From Corallococcus sp. AB018 (lineage in GTDB: Bacteria; Myxococcota; Myxococcia; Myxococcales; Myxococcaceae), in the NCBI RefSeq assembly GCF_003986945.1, contig NZ_RAWR01000021.1:1-64000 (forward strand): a DNA stretch of 64,000 nucleotides, read 5' to 3'. Every line of letters begins with the position of its first letter. Positions within the stretch are counted from its first letter, which is position 1. Under the pieces are notes generated by a model. That model ran no database searches. It worked only from the letters and a program-made list of their open reading frames with translations, and was not told where the DNA came from. Of the stretch, positions 39,801 to 49,176 are shown piece by piece. Position numbers and translations under genes: made by a program.

Positions 39801-41046
39801 CTGCAGCGGAGGCGCCTGCGCGTCCAGCCAGCAACTCGTCGAGACGTGCTCCACCTCCAGCAGCAACTACTGCAGTGGCAACACCGTCCGGAAGACCACT
39901 GGCACCGGCACTTGCAGCGGCGGCTCCTGCGGCTCCACCGACACCCTGGTCCAGACGTGCTCCACCGCGAGCACCAACTACTGCAGCGGCAATGACTTGC
40001 GGCGCACCAGTGGCACGGGCACCTGCAGCGGCGGTTCCTGCGGCTCCACGGACACCCTCGTGCAGACGTGCCAGACCGGCACCAGTGGCCCCTTCTGCAG
40101 TGGCAACGGTGCCTACCGGACCGTCTATGGCGGCTGCTCCAGCGGTGCCTGCACGTCCTCCCAGCAGCTCATCGAGTCGTGCTCCACCTCCAGCAGCAAC
40201 TACTGCAGCGGCAACACCGTCCGGAAGGTCACCGGCACCGGCTGCAGCGGTGGCTCCTGCGGCTCGACTGATACCGCCGTCCAGACGTGCTCCACCGCGA
40301 GCAGCAACTACTGCAGCGGCAACACCGTTCGCAGGACCACCGGCACCGGATGCAGCGACGGCTCCTGTGGCTCCACCGATACGCTCGTCCAGACGTGCAC
40401 GACCGGCACCAGCAGCCCCTTCTGCAGCGGCAACAGCGTCTACCAGACCGTCAATGGCGGCTGCAGCGGAGGTTCCTGCTCATCCAGCCAGCAGTTCGTC
40501 CAGACGTGCTCCACCGCGAGCACCAACTACTGCAGCGGCAATGATGTGCGGAAGACCACCGGCACCGGTTGCAGCGGCGGCTCCTGTGGCTCCTCCGATT
40601 CCTTCGTCCAGACGTGCTCCACCGCGAGCACGACCTACTGCAGCGGCAACAACGTTCGCAGGACGACCGGCACCGGTTGCAGCAGTGGCAACTGCGGCTC
40701 CACCGATACCCTGGTCCAGACGTGCTCCACCGCGAGCACGACCTACTGCAGCGGCAACACCGTCCGCAGGACGACCGGCACCGGTTGCAGCGGCAGCGGC
40801 ACCTGCGGCTCCACCGACACCCTGGTCCAGACGTGCAACAGCCAATTTGAGATGTGCAGCGATGGCGCCTGCGTCTCCAACGATGGGCTCTGGCAGTTGG
40901 TGGGTTCGTGCAGCACGAGGTGCCCATCCAATGAATGCTGGCCCCCCGTCAACCCGGAAGGTCAGGACTGCAGGCCGGTGGGTTCTACCTGCTTCGCTTA
41001 CGGCGGTCCCACCGGTCGTAACGAATGGAAGTGCGCGCCGTACTGA
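36820..41046 (+). CDS. Giant lipoprotein with Kelch beta-propeller, myxo-type Cys-rich repeats and a 36-aa four-Cys tandem repeat (paralogue 1)
   Basis: Lipobox FVAAGCSS. Seven Kelch motifs (GKVLVTGG/ARxxH). About 10 CNSPPSQCYEAAGTCSNGTCSY...CDDGNACTTGDVCNGAGTCGG repeats (Myxococcus cysteine-rich repeat type). About 20 copies of a four-Cys unit in two alternating subtypes, the most regular being CSTSSSNYCSGNTVRKTTGTGCSGGSCGSTDTLVQT. Confidence 0.8.
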   Translation: MDVMRASRVLLLGLGFVAAGCSSKPPEEKTLAHSASPLVVEGWTEAAPMAEARKYHAGVVLPSGKVLVTGGYNASGYLSSSTLFDPATGAWTAAASMPEARQIHAMTPLPSGKVLVVGGENATGRLASAVVYSPDTNTWASAGSFASGVARASLTATLLPSGKVLVAGGGNSGGPKFTVDVYEPVAGTWSVGPNLGAARRDHTATLLTTGQVLVAGGVGGASLATAELYNPSSNTWAATGSLATARYNHTATLLPSGKVLVVGGRNSTGLLATAEEYDPGTGQWSATGALGSARELHSATLLSTGKVLVTGGMYGSAATAALASSEVYDPVTRQWSAATPMTGARYSYVAVSLATQAKVLVVGGIGATGASLKTAEVYGYDACAGVTCNSAPGACYEAAGTCSNGVCSYALKAAGATCDDGDACTGTDVCNGAGVCAGSATQCDSPPGQCYAAAGACSDGTCSYSYKEAGDACDDGDACTVDETCNGAGGCAGTPVTCSSPPSQCFEAAGTCSEGACSYAPKAAGTACDDGNGGTINDVCSGAGVCAGVPACTTPPDACHASPGTYSNGACTYPPKAAGTLCDDGNACTTGDVCNGAGTCGGAALSCNSPPSQCHQAAGTCSNGACSYAPKSSGASCDDGNACTTGDVCNGAGTCGGSALSCNSPPSQCYEAAGTCSNGTCSYVPKASGASCNDGNACTTGDVCNGSGTCGGSALSCNSPPSQCYEAAGTCSNGTCSYVPKASGASCNDGNACTTGDVCNGSGTCGGSALSCNSPPNQCYQSAGTCSNGTCSYVPKASGASCDDSNACTTGDVCNGAGGCGGTALSCSTASTNYCSGNDVRKTTGTGTCSGGSCQSTDVLVQSCQTGTSGPFCSGNGAYETVYGGCSNGACTSTQQLIESCSTSSSNYCSGNTVRKLTGTGCSGGNCGSTDTLVQTCSTSSSNYCNGNDVRKTTGTGCSDGSCGSTDTLVQTCPTGTSSPFCSGSSVYRTLNAGCSGGACASSQQLVETCSTSSSNYCSGNTVRKTTGTGTCSGGSCGSTDTLVQTCSTASTNYCSGNDLRRTSGTGTCSGGSCGSTDTLVQTCQTGTSGPFCSGNGAYRTVYGGCSSGACTSSQQLIESCSTSSSNYCSGNTVRKVTGTGCSGGSCGSTDTAVQTCSTASSNYCSGNTVRRTTGTGCSDGSCGSTDTLVQTCTTGTSSPFCSGNSVYQTVNGGCSGGSCSSSQQFVQTCSTASTNYCSGNDVRKTTGTGCSGGSCGSSDSFVQTCSTASTTYCSGNNVRRTTGTGCSSGNCGSTDTLVQTCSTASTTYCSGNTVRRTTGTGCSGSGTCGSTDTLVQTCNSQFEMCSDGACVSNDGLWQLVGSCSTRCPSNECWPPVNPEGQDCRPVGSTCFAYGGPTGRNEWKCAPY

Positions 41047-41677
41047 GTCGAAGTGTGAGTAGGAATCAACCCAGTCACACCCGTTGAATTCAGCGTCGAA
41101 GCCTCCGTGCGTCCCAACGCACGGAGGCTTTGGCTCGACGGGGTGTACACCCGGAAAACCCAAGGGCGAAGGCGCCAGCAGGCCGAAGAAGACATCCGTC
41201 AGCCTGTCTCATCGCGTGATGCGTTATCGGTATTGCTCCGCGCGTCATTGATCCAGCAGCCAGCCCAAGCGCATACATTGACGGGGCTCGCTCGTGGGGT
41301 CGGTGGGACCCTCAGGCCGCTATCACCCTCGAAGACATCCAGCCTTCCGATGGAACATGGGTCGATCCGGTGTCCGTATCGACACGCCCAGACCCTCGCC
41401 GGAAACGAATGCTCGGGCACGCCGTCGGCCAGACCGAGTTGCTGGCTCTCGACGCGAATGAGTCAGTCAACACCCCCGGGCGCTCAATGAATACTCACGG
41501 GTAGCTGTCCCACGACCACGAATGGGGCTGCCGTATGCACCCAAACAGAGCGCCATCCCATGAATCATTGATCATGCCCCAGGGGGCATAGGCATGCGGG
41601 TTCTCTGTCTGGCATGCTGGCTGGCCAAAGCAAACCCTTGGAGGCCTCTCTGAGCGCCTCCATTCCCTGGAGTTATC

Positions 41678-44600
41678 ATGAATGTGTTGAGAGCCAGCAG
41701 GGCTCTGCTGTTGGGATTTGTCTGCGTACTCGTAAGCTGTAGCAGCAAACCACCGGAAGAGAAGACACCGGCCCAGAGCGCTTCCCCATTGGTGGTGGAA
41801 GGGTGGACCGAGACCGCGCCGATGGCGGAGGCCCGCAAGTACCACGCGAGCGTGGTGCTGCCTTCCGGCAAGGTGCTGGTGACGGGCGGCTACAACGCCA
41901 GCGGGTATCTGTCCTCCTCCACCCTCTTCGACCCCGCTACTGGCGCGTGGACAGCGGCCGCCTCCATGCCGGAGGCGCGGCAGATCCACGCCATGACGCC
42001 GCTGCCTTCGGGCAAGGTGCTCGTGGTTGGCGGAGAGAACGCGACGGGCCGTCTGGCTTCCACGGCGGTGTATTCCCCGGACACCAATACCTGGGCCTCC
42101 GCGGGGAGCTTCGCGACGGGCGTGGCACGGGCTTCCCTGACGGCGACGCTGTTGCCTTCGGGCAAGGTGCTGGTGGCGGGCGGGGGCAACTCCGGCGGCC
42201 CCAAGCTCAGTGTGGATGTGTATGAGCCAGTGGCGGGAACCTGGAGCGTGGGTCCGAATCTGGGAGCGGCGCGGCGCGACCATACGGCGACGCTGCTGAC
42301 GACCGGGCAGGTGCTGGTGGCGGGCGGCGTCGGGGGCGCGAGCCTGGCGACGGCGGAAGTGTATGACCCGACGAGCAATACCTGGACGGCGACGGGAAGC
42401 CTGGCGGCGGCGCGCTACAACCACACGGCGACGCTGCTGCCTTCGGGCAAGGTGCTGGTGGTGGGTGGCCGTAACAGCAGCGGGCTGCTGGCGACAGCGG
42501 AGGAATACGACCCGGGCACCGGGCAGTGGAGCGCGACGGGCGCGCTGGGCACGGCCAGGGAGCTGCACTCGGCAACCCTGCTGAGCACCGGCAAGGTGCT
42601 GGTGACTGGAGGCATGTATGGCAGCGCAGCGACGGCCGCACTGGCGAGCTCGGAGGTGTACGACCCGGCCACCCGGCAGTGGAGCGCGGCGGGCCCCATG
42701 GCCGGTGCGAGGTATTCGCATGTGGCGGTGTCGCTGGCGACGCAGGCCAAGGTGTTGGTGGCGGGCGGTATTGGCGCCACCGGCGCGAGCCTGAAGACGG
42801 CGGAGGTGTACGGGTACGACGCATGTGCTGGGGTGACGTGCAACAGCGCACCGAGTCAGTGCTACGAGGCGGCGGGGACGTGCAGCAATGGCGTGTGCAG
42901 CTACGCGCTGAAGGCGGCTGGGACCACCTGCGATGACGGGGATGCGTGCACCGAGACGGACGTATGCAACGGCGCGGGCGTGTGCGCGGGAAGAGCCACC
43001 CAGTGCGGCAGTCCTCCGGGGCAGTGCTACGCGGCGGCGGGCACATGCAGCGACGGGACGTGCTCCTATTCGTACAAGGCGGCCGGTGACGCGTGTGATG
43101 ACGGGGATGCGTGCACGGTGGATGAGACGTGCAACGGGGCGGGCGGGTGCGCGGGCACACCGGTGGCTTGCAGCAGCCCTCCGAGCCAGTGCTTCGAGGC
43201 GGCGGGAACGTGCAGCAGTGGGGCGTGCTCCTATGCGCCGAAGGCGGCGGGCACGGCCTGTGATGACGGCAATGGCGGCACCATCAACGACGTGTGCAGC
43301 GGAGCGGGCGTCTGCGCGGGCGTCCCGGCCTGCACAACGCCGCCGGACGCCTGCCATGGCTCCCCGGGCACGTACTCCAACGGAGCGTGCACCTACCCGC
43401 CGAAGGCCGCGGGCACCCTCTGCGATGATGGCAACGCTTGCACGACGGGCGACGTCTGCAACGGTGCTGGCACCTGTGGCGGCTCGGCGCTGAGCTGCAA
43501 CAGCCCGCCCAATCAGTGCTACCAGTCCGCCGGCACTTGCTCCAACGGCACCTGTTCCTACGTGCCGAAGGCCTCGGGCGCCAGCTGCGATGACAGCAAC
43601 ACATGCACCACGGGAGACGTCTGCAACGGTGCTGGCGGCTGCGGCGGCACGGCGCTGAGTTGCAGCACCGCGAGCACCAATTACTGCAGCGGAAATGACG
43701 TCCGGAAGACCACCGGCACCGGCACCTGCAGCGGTGGATCCTGCCAGTCCACTGACGTCCTCGTGCAGTCGTGCCAGACCGGCACCAGCGGCCCCTTCTG
43801 CAGCGGAAATGGTGCCTACGAGACCGTCTACGGCGGCTGCTCCAACGGCGCCTGCACGTCCACCCAGCAGCTCATCGAGTCGTGCTCCACCTCCAGCAGC
43901 AACTACTGCAGCGGCAACACCGTCCGGAAGCTGACCGGCACCGGTTGCAGCGGCGGCAACTGCGGCTCCACCGACACCCTCGTCCAGACGTGCTCCACCT
44001 CGAGCAGCAACTACTGCAACGGCAATGACGTGCGGAAGACCACCGGCACCGGCTGCAGCGACGGCTCCTGTGGCTCCACCGACACGCTCGTCCAGACGTG
44101 CCCGACGGGCACCAGCAGCCCCTTCTGCAGCGGCAGCAGCGTCTACCGGACCCTCAATGCCGGCTGCAGCGGAGGCTCCTGCTCGTCCAGCCAGCAACTC
44201 GTCGAAACGTGCTCCACCTCCAGCAGCAACTACTGCAGTGGCAACACCGTCCGGAAGACCACCGGCACCGGCACTTGCAGCGGCGGCTCCTGTGGCTCCA
44301 CGGACACCCTCGTCCAGACGTGCTCCACCGCGAGCACCAACTACTGCAGCGGCAATGACTTGCGGCGCACCAGTGGCACGGGCACCTGTAGCGGCGGCTC
44401 CTGCGGCTCCACGGACACCCTCGTGCAGACGTGCCAGACCGGCACCAGCGGTCCCTACTGCAGCGGCAACGGTGCCTACCAGACCGTCTACGGCGGCTGC
44501 TCCAACGGCGCCTGCACGTCCACCCCGCAACTCATCGAGTCGTGCTCCACCTCGAGCAGCAACTACTGCAGCGGCAACACCGTCCGGAAGGTCACCGGCA

Positions 44601-45406
44601 CCGGCTGCAGCGGCGGCTCCTGTGGCTCCACCGACACCGCCGTCCAGACCTGCTCTACTTCGAGCAGCGACTCTTGCAGCGGCAACACCGTCCGGAGGAC
44701 CACGGGCACCGGTTGCAGCGGTGGCTCCTGTGGCGTCACCATCACGGATATCATGAATTGCCCGACCGGCACGGGCAGCCCCTTCTGCAGCGGCAACAGC
44801 GTCTACCAGACCGTCAATGGCGGCTGCAGCGGAGGCTCCTGCGCGTCCAGCCAGCAGTTCGTCCAGACGTGCCCGACCAGCACCGGCAGCCCCTACTGCG
44901 TCGGTAACACCGTCTACCAGGTCGTCAATGGCGGCTGCAGCGGAGGCTCCTGCGCGTCCAGCCCGCAGCCCGTCACGACATGCTCCCCGGTGGACAGCTA
45001 CTCCTGCAGCGGAAACACCGTCCAGAGGACCACCAGCGGCTCCTGCAGTGGTGGCAGTTGCGGTGGCAGCACCACCACCAACGTCCAGACGTGCTCCCCG
45101 GTGGACAGCTACTCCTGCAACGGCAACACCGTCCAGAAGACCACCACCGGCCTCTGCAGCGGCAGCGGCTGTACTGGCACCTCCACCACCAACGTCCAGA
45201 CCTGTGGCAGCGGACAGACGTGCAGCAATGGAACGTGCGTCGCCTCCGGCGGGAAATGGACCAACACAGGGACGTGCACCTTTGGGGCCCCGTCCTGCCA
45301 GAACTACAACTGCACCAACTTCTACCCAGATACGGCCTGCTCACCGTTGGGCGCTACTTGCACCATCTCCACAGGCTCCGGAATCTACAGGTGGATCTGC
45401 CTGTAG
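41678..45406 (+). CDS. Giant Kelch/Cys-repeat lipoprotein (paralogue 2, tandem duplicate with diverged C-terminus)
   Basis: Near-identical N-terminal 1000 aa to the preceding gene, including duplicated 5' leader. Lipobox VLVSCSS. Distinct C-terminal CSPVDSYSCSGNTVQRTT repeats. Confidence 0.8.
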   Translation: MNVLRASRALLLGFVCVLVSCSSKPPEEKTPAQSASPLVVEGWTETAPMAEARKYHASVVLPSGKVLVTGGYNASGYLSSSTLFDPATGAWTAAASMPEARQIHAMTPLPSGKVLVVGGENATGRLASTAVYSPDTNTWASAGSFATGVARASLTATLLPSGKVLVAGGGNSGGPKLSVDVYEPVAGTWSVGPNLGAARRDHTATLLTTGQVLVAGGVGGASLATAEVYDPTSNTWTATGSLAAARYNHTATLLPSGKVLVVGGRNSSGLLATAEEYDPGTGQWSATGALGTARELHSATLLSTGKVLVTGGMYGSAATAALASSEVYDPATRQWSAAGPMAGARYSHVAVSLATQAKVLVAGGIGATGASLKTAEVYGYDACAGVTCNSAPSQCYEAAGTCSNGVCSYALKAAGTTCDDGDACTETDVCNGAGVCAGRATQCGSPPGQCYAAAGTCSDGTCSYSYKAAGDACDDGDACTVDETCNGAGGCAGTPVACSSPPSQCFEAAGTCSSGACSYAPKAAGTACDDGNGGTINDVCSGAGVCAGVPACTTPPDACHGSPGTYSNGACTYPPKAAGTLCDDGNACTTGDVCNGAGTCGGSALSCNSPPNQCYQSAGTCSNGTCSYVPKASGASCDDSNTCTTGDVCNGAGGCGGTALSCSTASTNYCSGNDVRKTTGTGTCSGGSCQSTDVLVQSCQTGTSGPFCSGNGAYETVYGGCSNGACTSTQQLIESCSTSSSNYCSGNTVRKLTGTGCSGGNCGSTDTLVQTCSTSSSNYCNGNDVRKTTGTGCSDGSCGSTDTLVQTCPTGTSSPFCSGSSVYRTLNAGCSGGSCSSSQQLVETCSTSSSNYCSGNTVRKTTGTGTCSGGSCGSTDTLVQTCSTASTNYCSGNDLRRTSGTGTCSGGSCGSTDTLVQTCQTGTSGPYCSGNGAYQTVYGGCSNGACTSTPQLIESCSTSSSNYCSGNTVRKVTGTGCSGGSCGSTDTAVQTCSTSSSDSCSGNTVRRTTGTGCSGGSCGVTITDIMNCPTGTGSPFCSGNSVYQTVNGGCSGGSCASSQQFVQTCPTSTGSPYCVGNTVYQVVNGGCSGGSCASSPQPVTTCSPVDSYSCSGNTVQRTTSGSCSGGSCGGSTTTNVQTCSPVDSYSCNGNTVQKTTTGLCSGSGCTGTSTTNVQTCGSGQTCSNGTCVASGGKWTNTGTCTFGAPSCQNYNCTNFYPDTACSPLGATCTISTGSGIYRWICL

Positions 45407-45484
45407 GAGCCGCCCTACTCCTGGCTGCATCCCGCGCTGACGGCTCCGTGCTCCAACACGGAGCCGTCACCCGGACGGGGCGCT

Positions 45485-46924
45485 TCACTCGCGTTTGAGT
45501 GACACCCTCGCCATCCGGGAGAGAGTCTTCGTTGGGAGCGCCGTCACCGACGGACGGGCCGGGTACACGGCCGCCAGTGTTCCCAAGAGGATGTGCAGCA
45601 GGAAGAGCAGTGGCGTCTGCCGGTACTCCCACTCGGAGAAGCTCTGGGCGAAGGCTCCCAGCAGGCCGAAGAAGACTCCGATTCCGAAGCGTGAGCGCAG
45701 CGCGGGCGAACGCTTGAGGAAGAAGCTGGCTCCCATCTTGAACCAGCTCAGCCAGACCGCCGCGAAGAGGATGACCCCGGGCCAGCCTGTCTCTCCCAGC
45801 GTGATGAGATACAGGCTGTGTCCCGGAGGGGCCTGGGCCGCGTCCACGTTCGAGCCCGCCGGGATGGGGCCCTTGGGCGGTGCTTCCTCCGTGCCGGTGT
45901 AGGGGATGTAACCGAAGCCGATCATCCGGCCGTACTGGTTGGACACCGCGTAGGACCAGTTGTTCAGCCCGACTCCGAAGACATGGTCCTCCTGCATCAA
46001 CCGGGCGAGGTGGACGTAGGCGCCGCGCCCTTCGTGCTCCTTGCCCCCGAACTCACTGGAGAGTCCTCCTTCGGAATCGAAGCGGGCCTGGAAGGCCGGT
46101 GCCAGCTTGAGGCCCACGGGAATGGCCGCGAGCAACAGCAGGAACGCCACCCCTGCTGTCTTCGGCGTTGGCTTCAACGCCCCACACGTCAAGGCCACCG
46201 CCACCAGGAGCAGTCCTAGCGAAACCAGTCCCGCTCGCGACACGGTGCACAGCACCGAGATGGAGCCCAGGAAGGTGGCCACGCCGCACAGACGTTTGAG
46301 GCGTGGCCCTACGTCCGAGAGCGCGACCGCGAGCAGCACCGGGACCGCGATGAGGTTGAACATCGACACGGTGTTCGGGTGGAACAGCGTCCCGTCCGCT
46401 CGGCTGTGCCCCAACACGACCCGGGAGTGGATCACCCAGAAGCACTCGTAGATGACCGTGATGGCCAGCGCCGCGACGAGGCGCCGGAGGTCCCGCTCGT
46501 TCTTCACGCAGGCCGCGATCGTCACGTACACCATGACGGCGCGGAACATCTTCGACAGCTCGAACAGGCCGAACAACCGGGGCTCGGAGAGCAGGACGTT
46601 CACCGCGTTGTAGGCGAGGAACACTCCCATGATGGCCAGCCCGTGGGGCCACTCGCGCCGCTGGCCTGGCTTGCGATGCCGCAGCTCGTCCACCCACAGG
46701 AAGATCCACAGGAAGTCGAGCCAGCTGAACTCGAAGCCACGCGTGGTGCCGCGGTACCAGGCTCGGCTGAAGAAGTTGAGGGACACCGCCGAGGCGTGGG
46801 TGGTGCCCCAGACGAGCAGGATGACGCAGAGGTGCTTCAGGCGTTCGGACCTCCCGACGGCGTGAATCCCGGCGGGAATGACGACCGCGCACAGGCCCAG
46901 GAAGAGGAGGAACTTCGTCTCCAT
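45485..46924 (-). CDS. O-antigen ligase / Wzy-type polysaccharide polymerase family membrane protein
   Basis: About 10 TM segments. Wzy_C-like motif TVSRAGLVSLGLL and periplasmic loop. Start at METKFLLFLG (46924). Confidence 0.7.
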   Translation of the reverse strand: METKFLLFLGLCAVVIPAGIHAVGRSERLKHLCVILLVWGTTHASAVSLNFFSRAWYRGTTRGFEFSWLDFLWIFLWVDELRHRKPGQRREWPHGLAIMGVFLAYNAVNVLLSEPRLFGLFELSKMFRAVMVYVTIAACVKNERDLRRLVAALAITVIYECFWVIHSRVVLGHSRADGTLFHPNTVSMFNLIAVPVLLAVALSDVGPRLKRLCGVATFLGSISVLCTVSRAGLVSLGLLLVAVALTCGALKPTPKTAGVAFLLLLAAIPVGLKLAPAFQARFDSEGGLSSEFGGKEHEGRGAYVHLARLMQEDHVFGVGLNNWSYAVSNQYGRMIGFGYIPYTGTEEAPPKGPIPAGSNVDAAQAPPGHSLYLITLGETGWPGVILFAAVWLSWFKMGASFFLKRSPALRSRFGIGVFFGLLGAFAQSFSEWEYRQTPLLFLLHILLGTLAAVYPARPSVTALPTKTLSRMARVSLKRE

Positions 46925-47757
46925 CAGCGCGCCGCGATGTCGATGCGCCGGTAGAGCTCGTCTTCCTCGAAGAAGCACGGGAGGAACTCGCCTCCGTCCA
47001 CGTCGTGCAGCGTGTGCCAGCGCGGCTCCGCGTCTCGGCGCTCCATCTGCGAGGCGTGCAGCGCCAGCGCGGCGCGCTTCTGCTCCACCACGCCCCGGAG
47101 GGACACCTTCGTCCGGAAGTCCTTGAGCATCCGCAGTCCCAGCCTCGTCGACACCGTCCCCGCCAGCACCGACCGCTGCTGCCTTCGTGTCCTTCCGAAG
47201 CCCACCATGGGCCAGTGCCTCCAGGCCCATACCGCGTACTCGAACACCGTGACGGGCCGCCCTACCCTTGCCACTGCCTCATGCACGAGGTGGTTCGTGC
47301 TCACGTGGTCCGCGTGTTCGCCCCGAGCGTACGGGACGAAGAGCTGCTCCGGCCGGTGCCTCCGCAGCAGGTCCTCCACCCTGGCCACGGCCGCCTCCCG
47401 GTTCGCGTCCAGCGCGCCGTCGGGAAAGCCCAGCAGGAAGACCTCCGCCTCCTCCACGCCCAGAACCTTCGCCGCGCCCAGCGCCTCTTGCGCCCTCTGC
47501 GCCTTCAGTTCGTCGCGTGAGATCAGGTGCGCGTGTGAGCTGGCGCCGTCCGTCAGGAGGACGATCCGCACCGCCGCTCCCGCGCGCCGCTTCTGCAGGA
47601 TGGCGCCCCCACACCCCAGCGTCTCGTCATCCGGGTGCGGCGCGAACACCATCGCGGGACACCGGAGCTCGTCCTCGTTGAACGTGCGGGCTCGCCGTCC
47701 CAGCGCCAGCCGCTGCAAGCGACGAAGTCCCCTCCTCACCGGGCTTCCGTCCATCAT
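46924..47757 (-). CDS. PIG-L / LmbE-family N-acetylglucosaminyl deacetylase
   Basis: VFAPHPDDETLGCGG motif and HADH downstream motif. The start at 47757 overlaps the upstream gene stop. Confidence 0.7.
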   Translation of the reverse strand: MMDGSPVRRGLRRLQRLALGRRARTFNEDELRCPAMVFAPHPDDETLGCGGAILQKRRAGAAVRIVLLTDGASSHAHLISRDELKAQRAQEALGAAKVLGVEEAEVFLLGFPDGALDANREAAVARVEDLLRRHRPEQLFVPYARGEHADHVSTNHLVHEAVARVGRPVTVFEYAVWAWRHWPMVGFGRTRRQQRSVLAGTVSTRLGLRMLKDFRTKVSLRGVVEQKRAALALHASQMERRDAEPRWHTLHDVDGGEFLPCFFEEDELYRRIDIAAR

Positions 47758-49007
47758 CGCCGCGCTCCTTCCTCGAGGACCGCCTGGTAGAGCTCCGCGA
47801 CCTTGCTTGCCACCACGTCCCAGCTGAAGCGCTGACGCACCTGCGCGGCACCCGCTCGCGCCGCCACGTCCAGCCGCACGGGGTTGGCGAGTGCCTGCCG
47901 CAGCGCCTGGGCCCAGTCCTCTACCTCCAGGGTCGGCACGCTCAGCCCTTCCGGACCAATGGCTCCGGCGAGATCCGCCAGGCCCGAGTGCACCGCCAGC
48001 AATGCCGGCCTCCCCGCCGCCCACGCCTCCAACACCGCCAGTCCGAAGGCCTCGTGCGCCGAGGGCACCAGCACGAGCCTGGAGAGCGCCAGCAGATCCG
48101 GAACCTCGCGGGCCGCGTCCAGGTTGCCGAGGACATGGACGCGCTCGCCGAGCCCCAGTGCCTGGATCTCTCGCTTCAGCTGTTCACCATAGGCCGCGTC
48201 CACCGTCGCGCCCGCGAGGACCAGGTGATGATCCTCGGGCGCCCCCACGGCGAAGGCCCTCACCGCTAGCACCTGGTTCTTCTGCGGAGAGATGCGCCCC
48301 ACCAGGGTGACCACGCGTGCGCGGGCGAACCGGGGCCAACGCTCTCTCGCCCGCTGCGCGCTTCCCGTGGCCATCCGCTTCAGGTCGACCCCCTGATCCA
48401 ACCTCACGGCCCGGTCCCCGACCACCTCGGACAGGGCGCGACGCTCCTCCTCGTTGAAGGTGATGACTCGCGCGGCGTCGTGGATGACGCGCCGGGCACC
48501 GAAGAGCCACCCGATGGGCCGGCCCATGTCCATGAGCCCCGACAGCCGCCGCGCGGTGTCCTGCTCCAGCCAGGACTTCCGCGCCAGCAGTGGCCCATGC
48601 ACGGAGATGACATAGGGGCGCCTCGTGAGGCGCATGGCCGTCCGCACGGCTCCGCCGATGCGCCCCGCCGTGTGCAGGTGCGCCAGGGCGAGGCCCGCGT
48701 CCTTCGCGAGCCGGAGCGGCTCATCGAAGGTGGCCAGGTTGCCGGCATTGGCGACGAGCGCCCTTCGCTTCTCGGCCGGGCCCAGGAACGGACAGAAGGC
48801 CTGATAGCGCAGCAGCGGCACCTCGGGGCCCAGCGCTCGATCCGGCTCCGAGGGCCCCGCCGGTGCGTGCACCTCTGGCCCCCAGCCCAACGCCGCCAGC
48901 CGCCGCGTTACCTCCACGACGTGCGTCTCCGTCCCGCCCCACTCACGCGGGTCGTACTTGCGAAGGACATGCACCACGCGCCGCCCGGGGCGCTCCACAG
49001 CCGTCAT
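47754..49007 (-). CDS. Glycosyltransferase family 4
   Basis: GT4 C-terminal motif VLVPSAHEAFGLAVLEAWAAGRPAL. N-terminal RVVHVLRKYDPREWGGTETHV. Confidence 0.8.
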   Translation of the reverse strand: MTAVERPGRRVVHVLRKYDPREWGGTETHVVEVTRRLAALGWGPEVHAPAGPSEPDRALGPEVPLLRYQAFCPFLGPAEKRRALVANAGNLATFDEPLRLAKDAGLALAHLHTAGRIGGAVRTAMRLTRRPYVISVHGPLLARKSWLEQDTARRLSGLMDMGRPIGWLFGARRVIHDAARVITFNEEERRALSEVVGDRAVRLDQGVDLKRMATGSAQRARERWPRFARARVVTLVGRISPQKNQVLAVRAFAVGAPEDHHLVLAGATVDAAYGEQLKREIQALGLGERVHVLGNLDAAREVPDLLALSRLVLVPSAHEAFGLAVLEAWAAGRPALLAVHSGLADLAGAIGPEGLSVPTLEVEDWAQALRQALANPVRLDVAARAGAAQVRQRFSWDVVASKVAELYQAVLEEGARR

Positions 49008-49176
49008 ATGCACGGGCAAGACGCAATTCATGGACCAGACACTCCGCGCCCCACCCGCGGCGCCCCTCCTTCCCCATTCCCATTCCGAGACGTCTCAATC
49101 CGAGACATCCGGGCGGTGCATGGGCAAGGAGTCAGCTCGCGGGGAGGCATGTCCCCTGCAAGCTGAAGGGCCTGCC

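Larger units (their letters stand above)
36700..45450. repeat. Tandem duplication unit of about 4.86 kb (36790 and 41650 are equivalent points) plus internal tandem repeats at 39300..40850 and 43650..45200
   Basis: Leader sequence gagcgcctccattccctggagtt recurs at 36790 and 41650. Long stretches of the two genes are nearly identical at the nucleotide level. Confidence 0.75.

Noticed and set aside
37513-39834. Minus-strand ORFs (328 and 443 aa), and the 1011-aa ORF at 41495..44530, inside the Kelch/Cys-repeat genes
   Set aside because: Their products are Ala/Arg/Gly homopolymer-like translations of the antisense strand of repeat DNA. The plus-strand frames carry lipobox, Kelch and ordered Cys spacing.
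39300-45200. Regular short repeats that could be mistaken for a CRISPR-like array
   Set aside because: The repeats are in-frame coding units of 108-111 bp with protein-level conservation (four-Cys modules). There is no repeat-spacer architecture and no cas genes.
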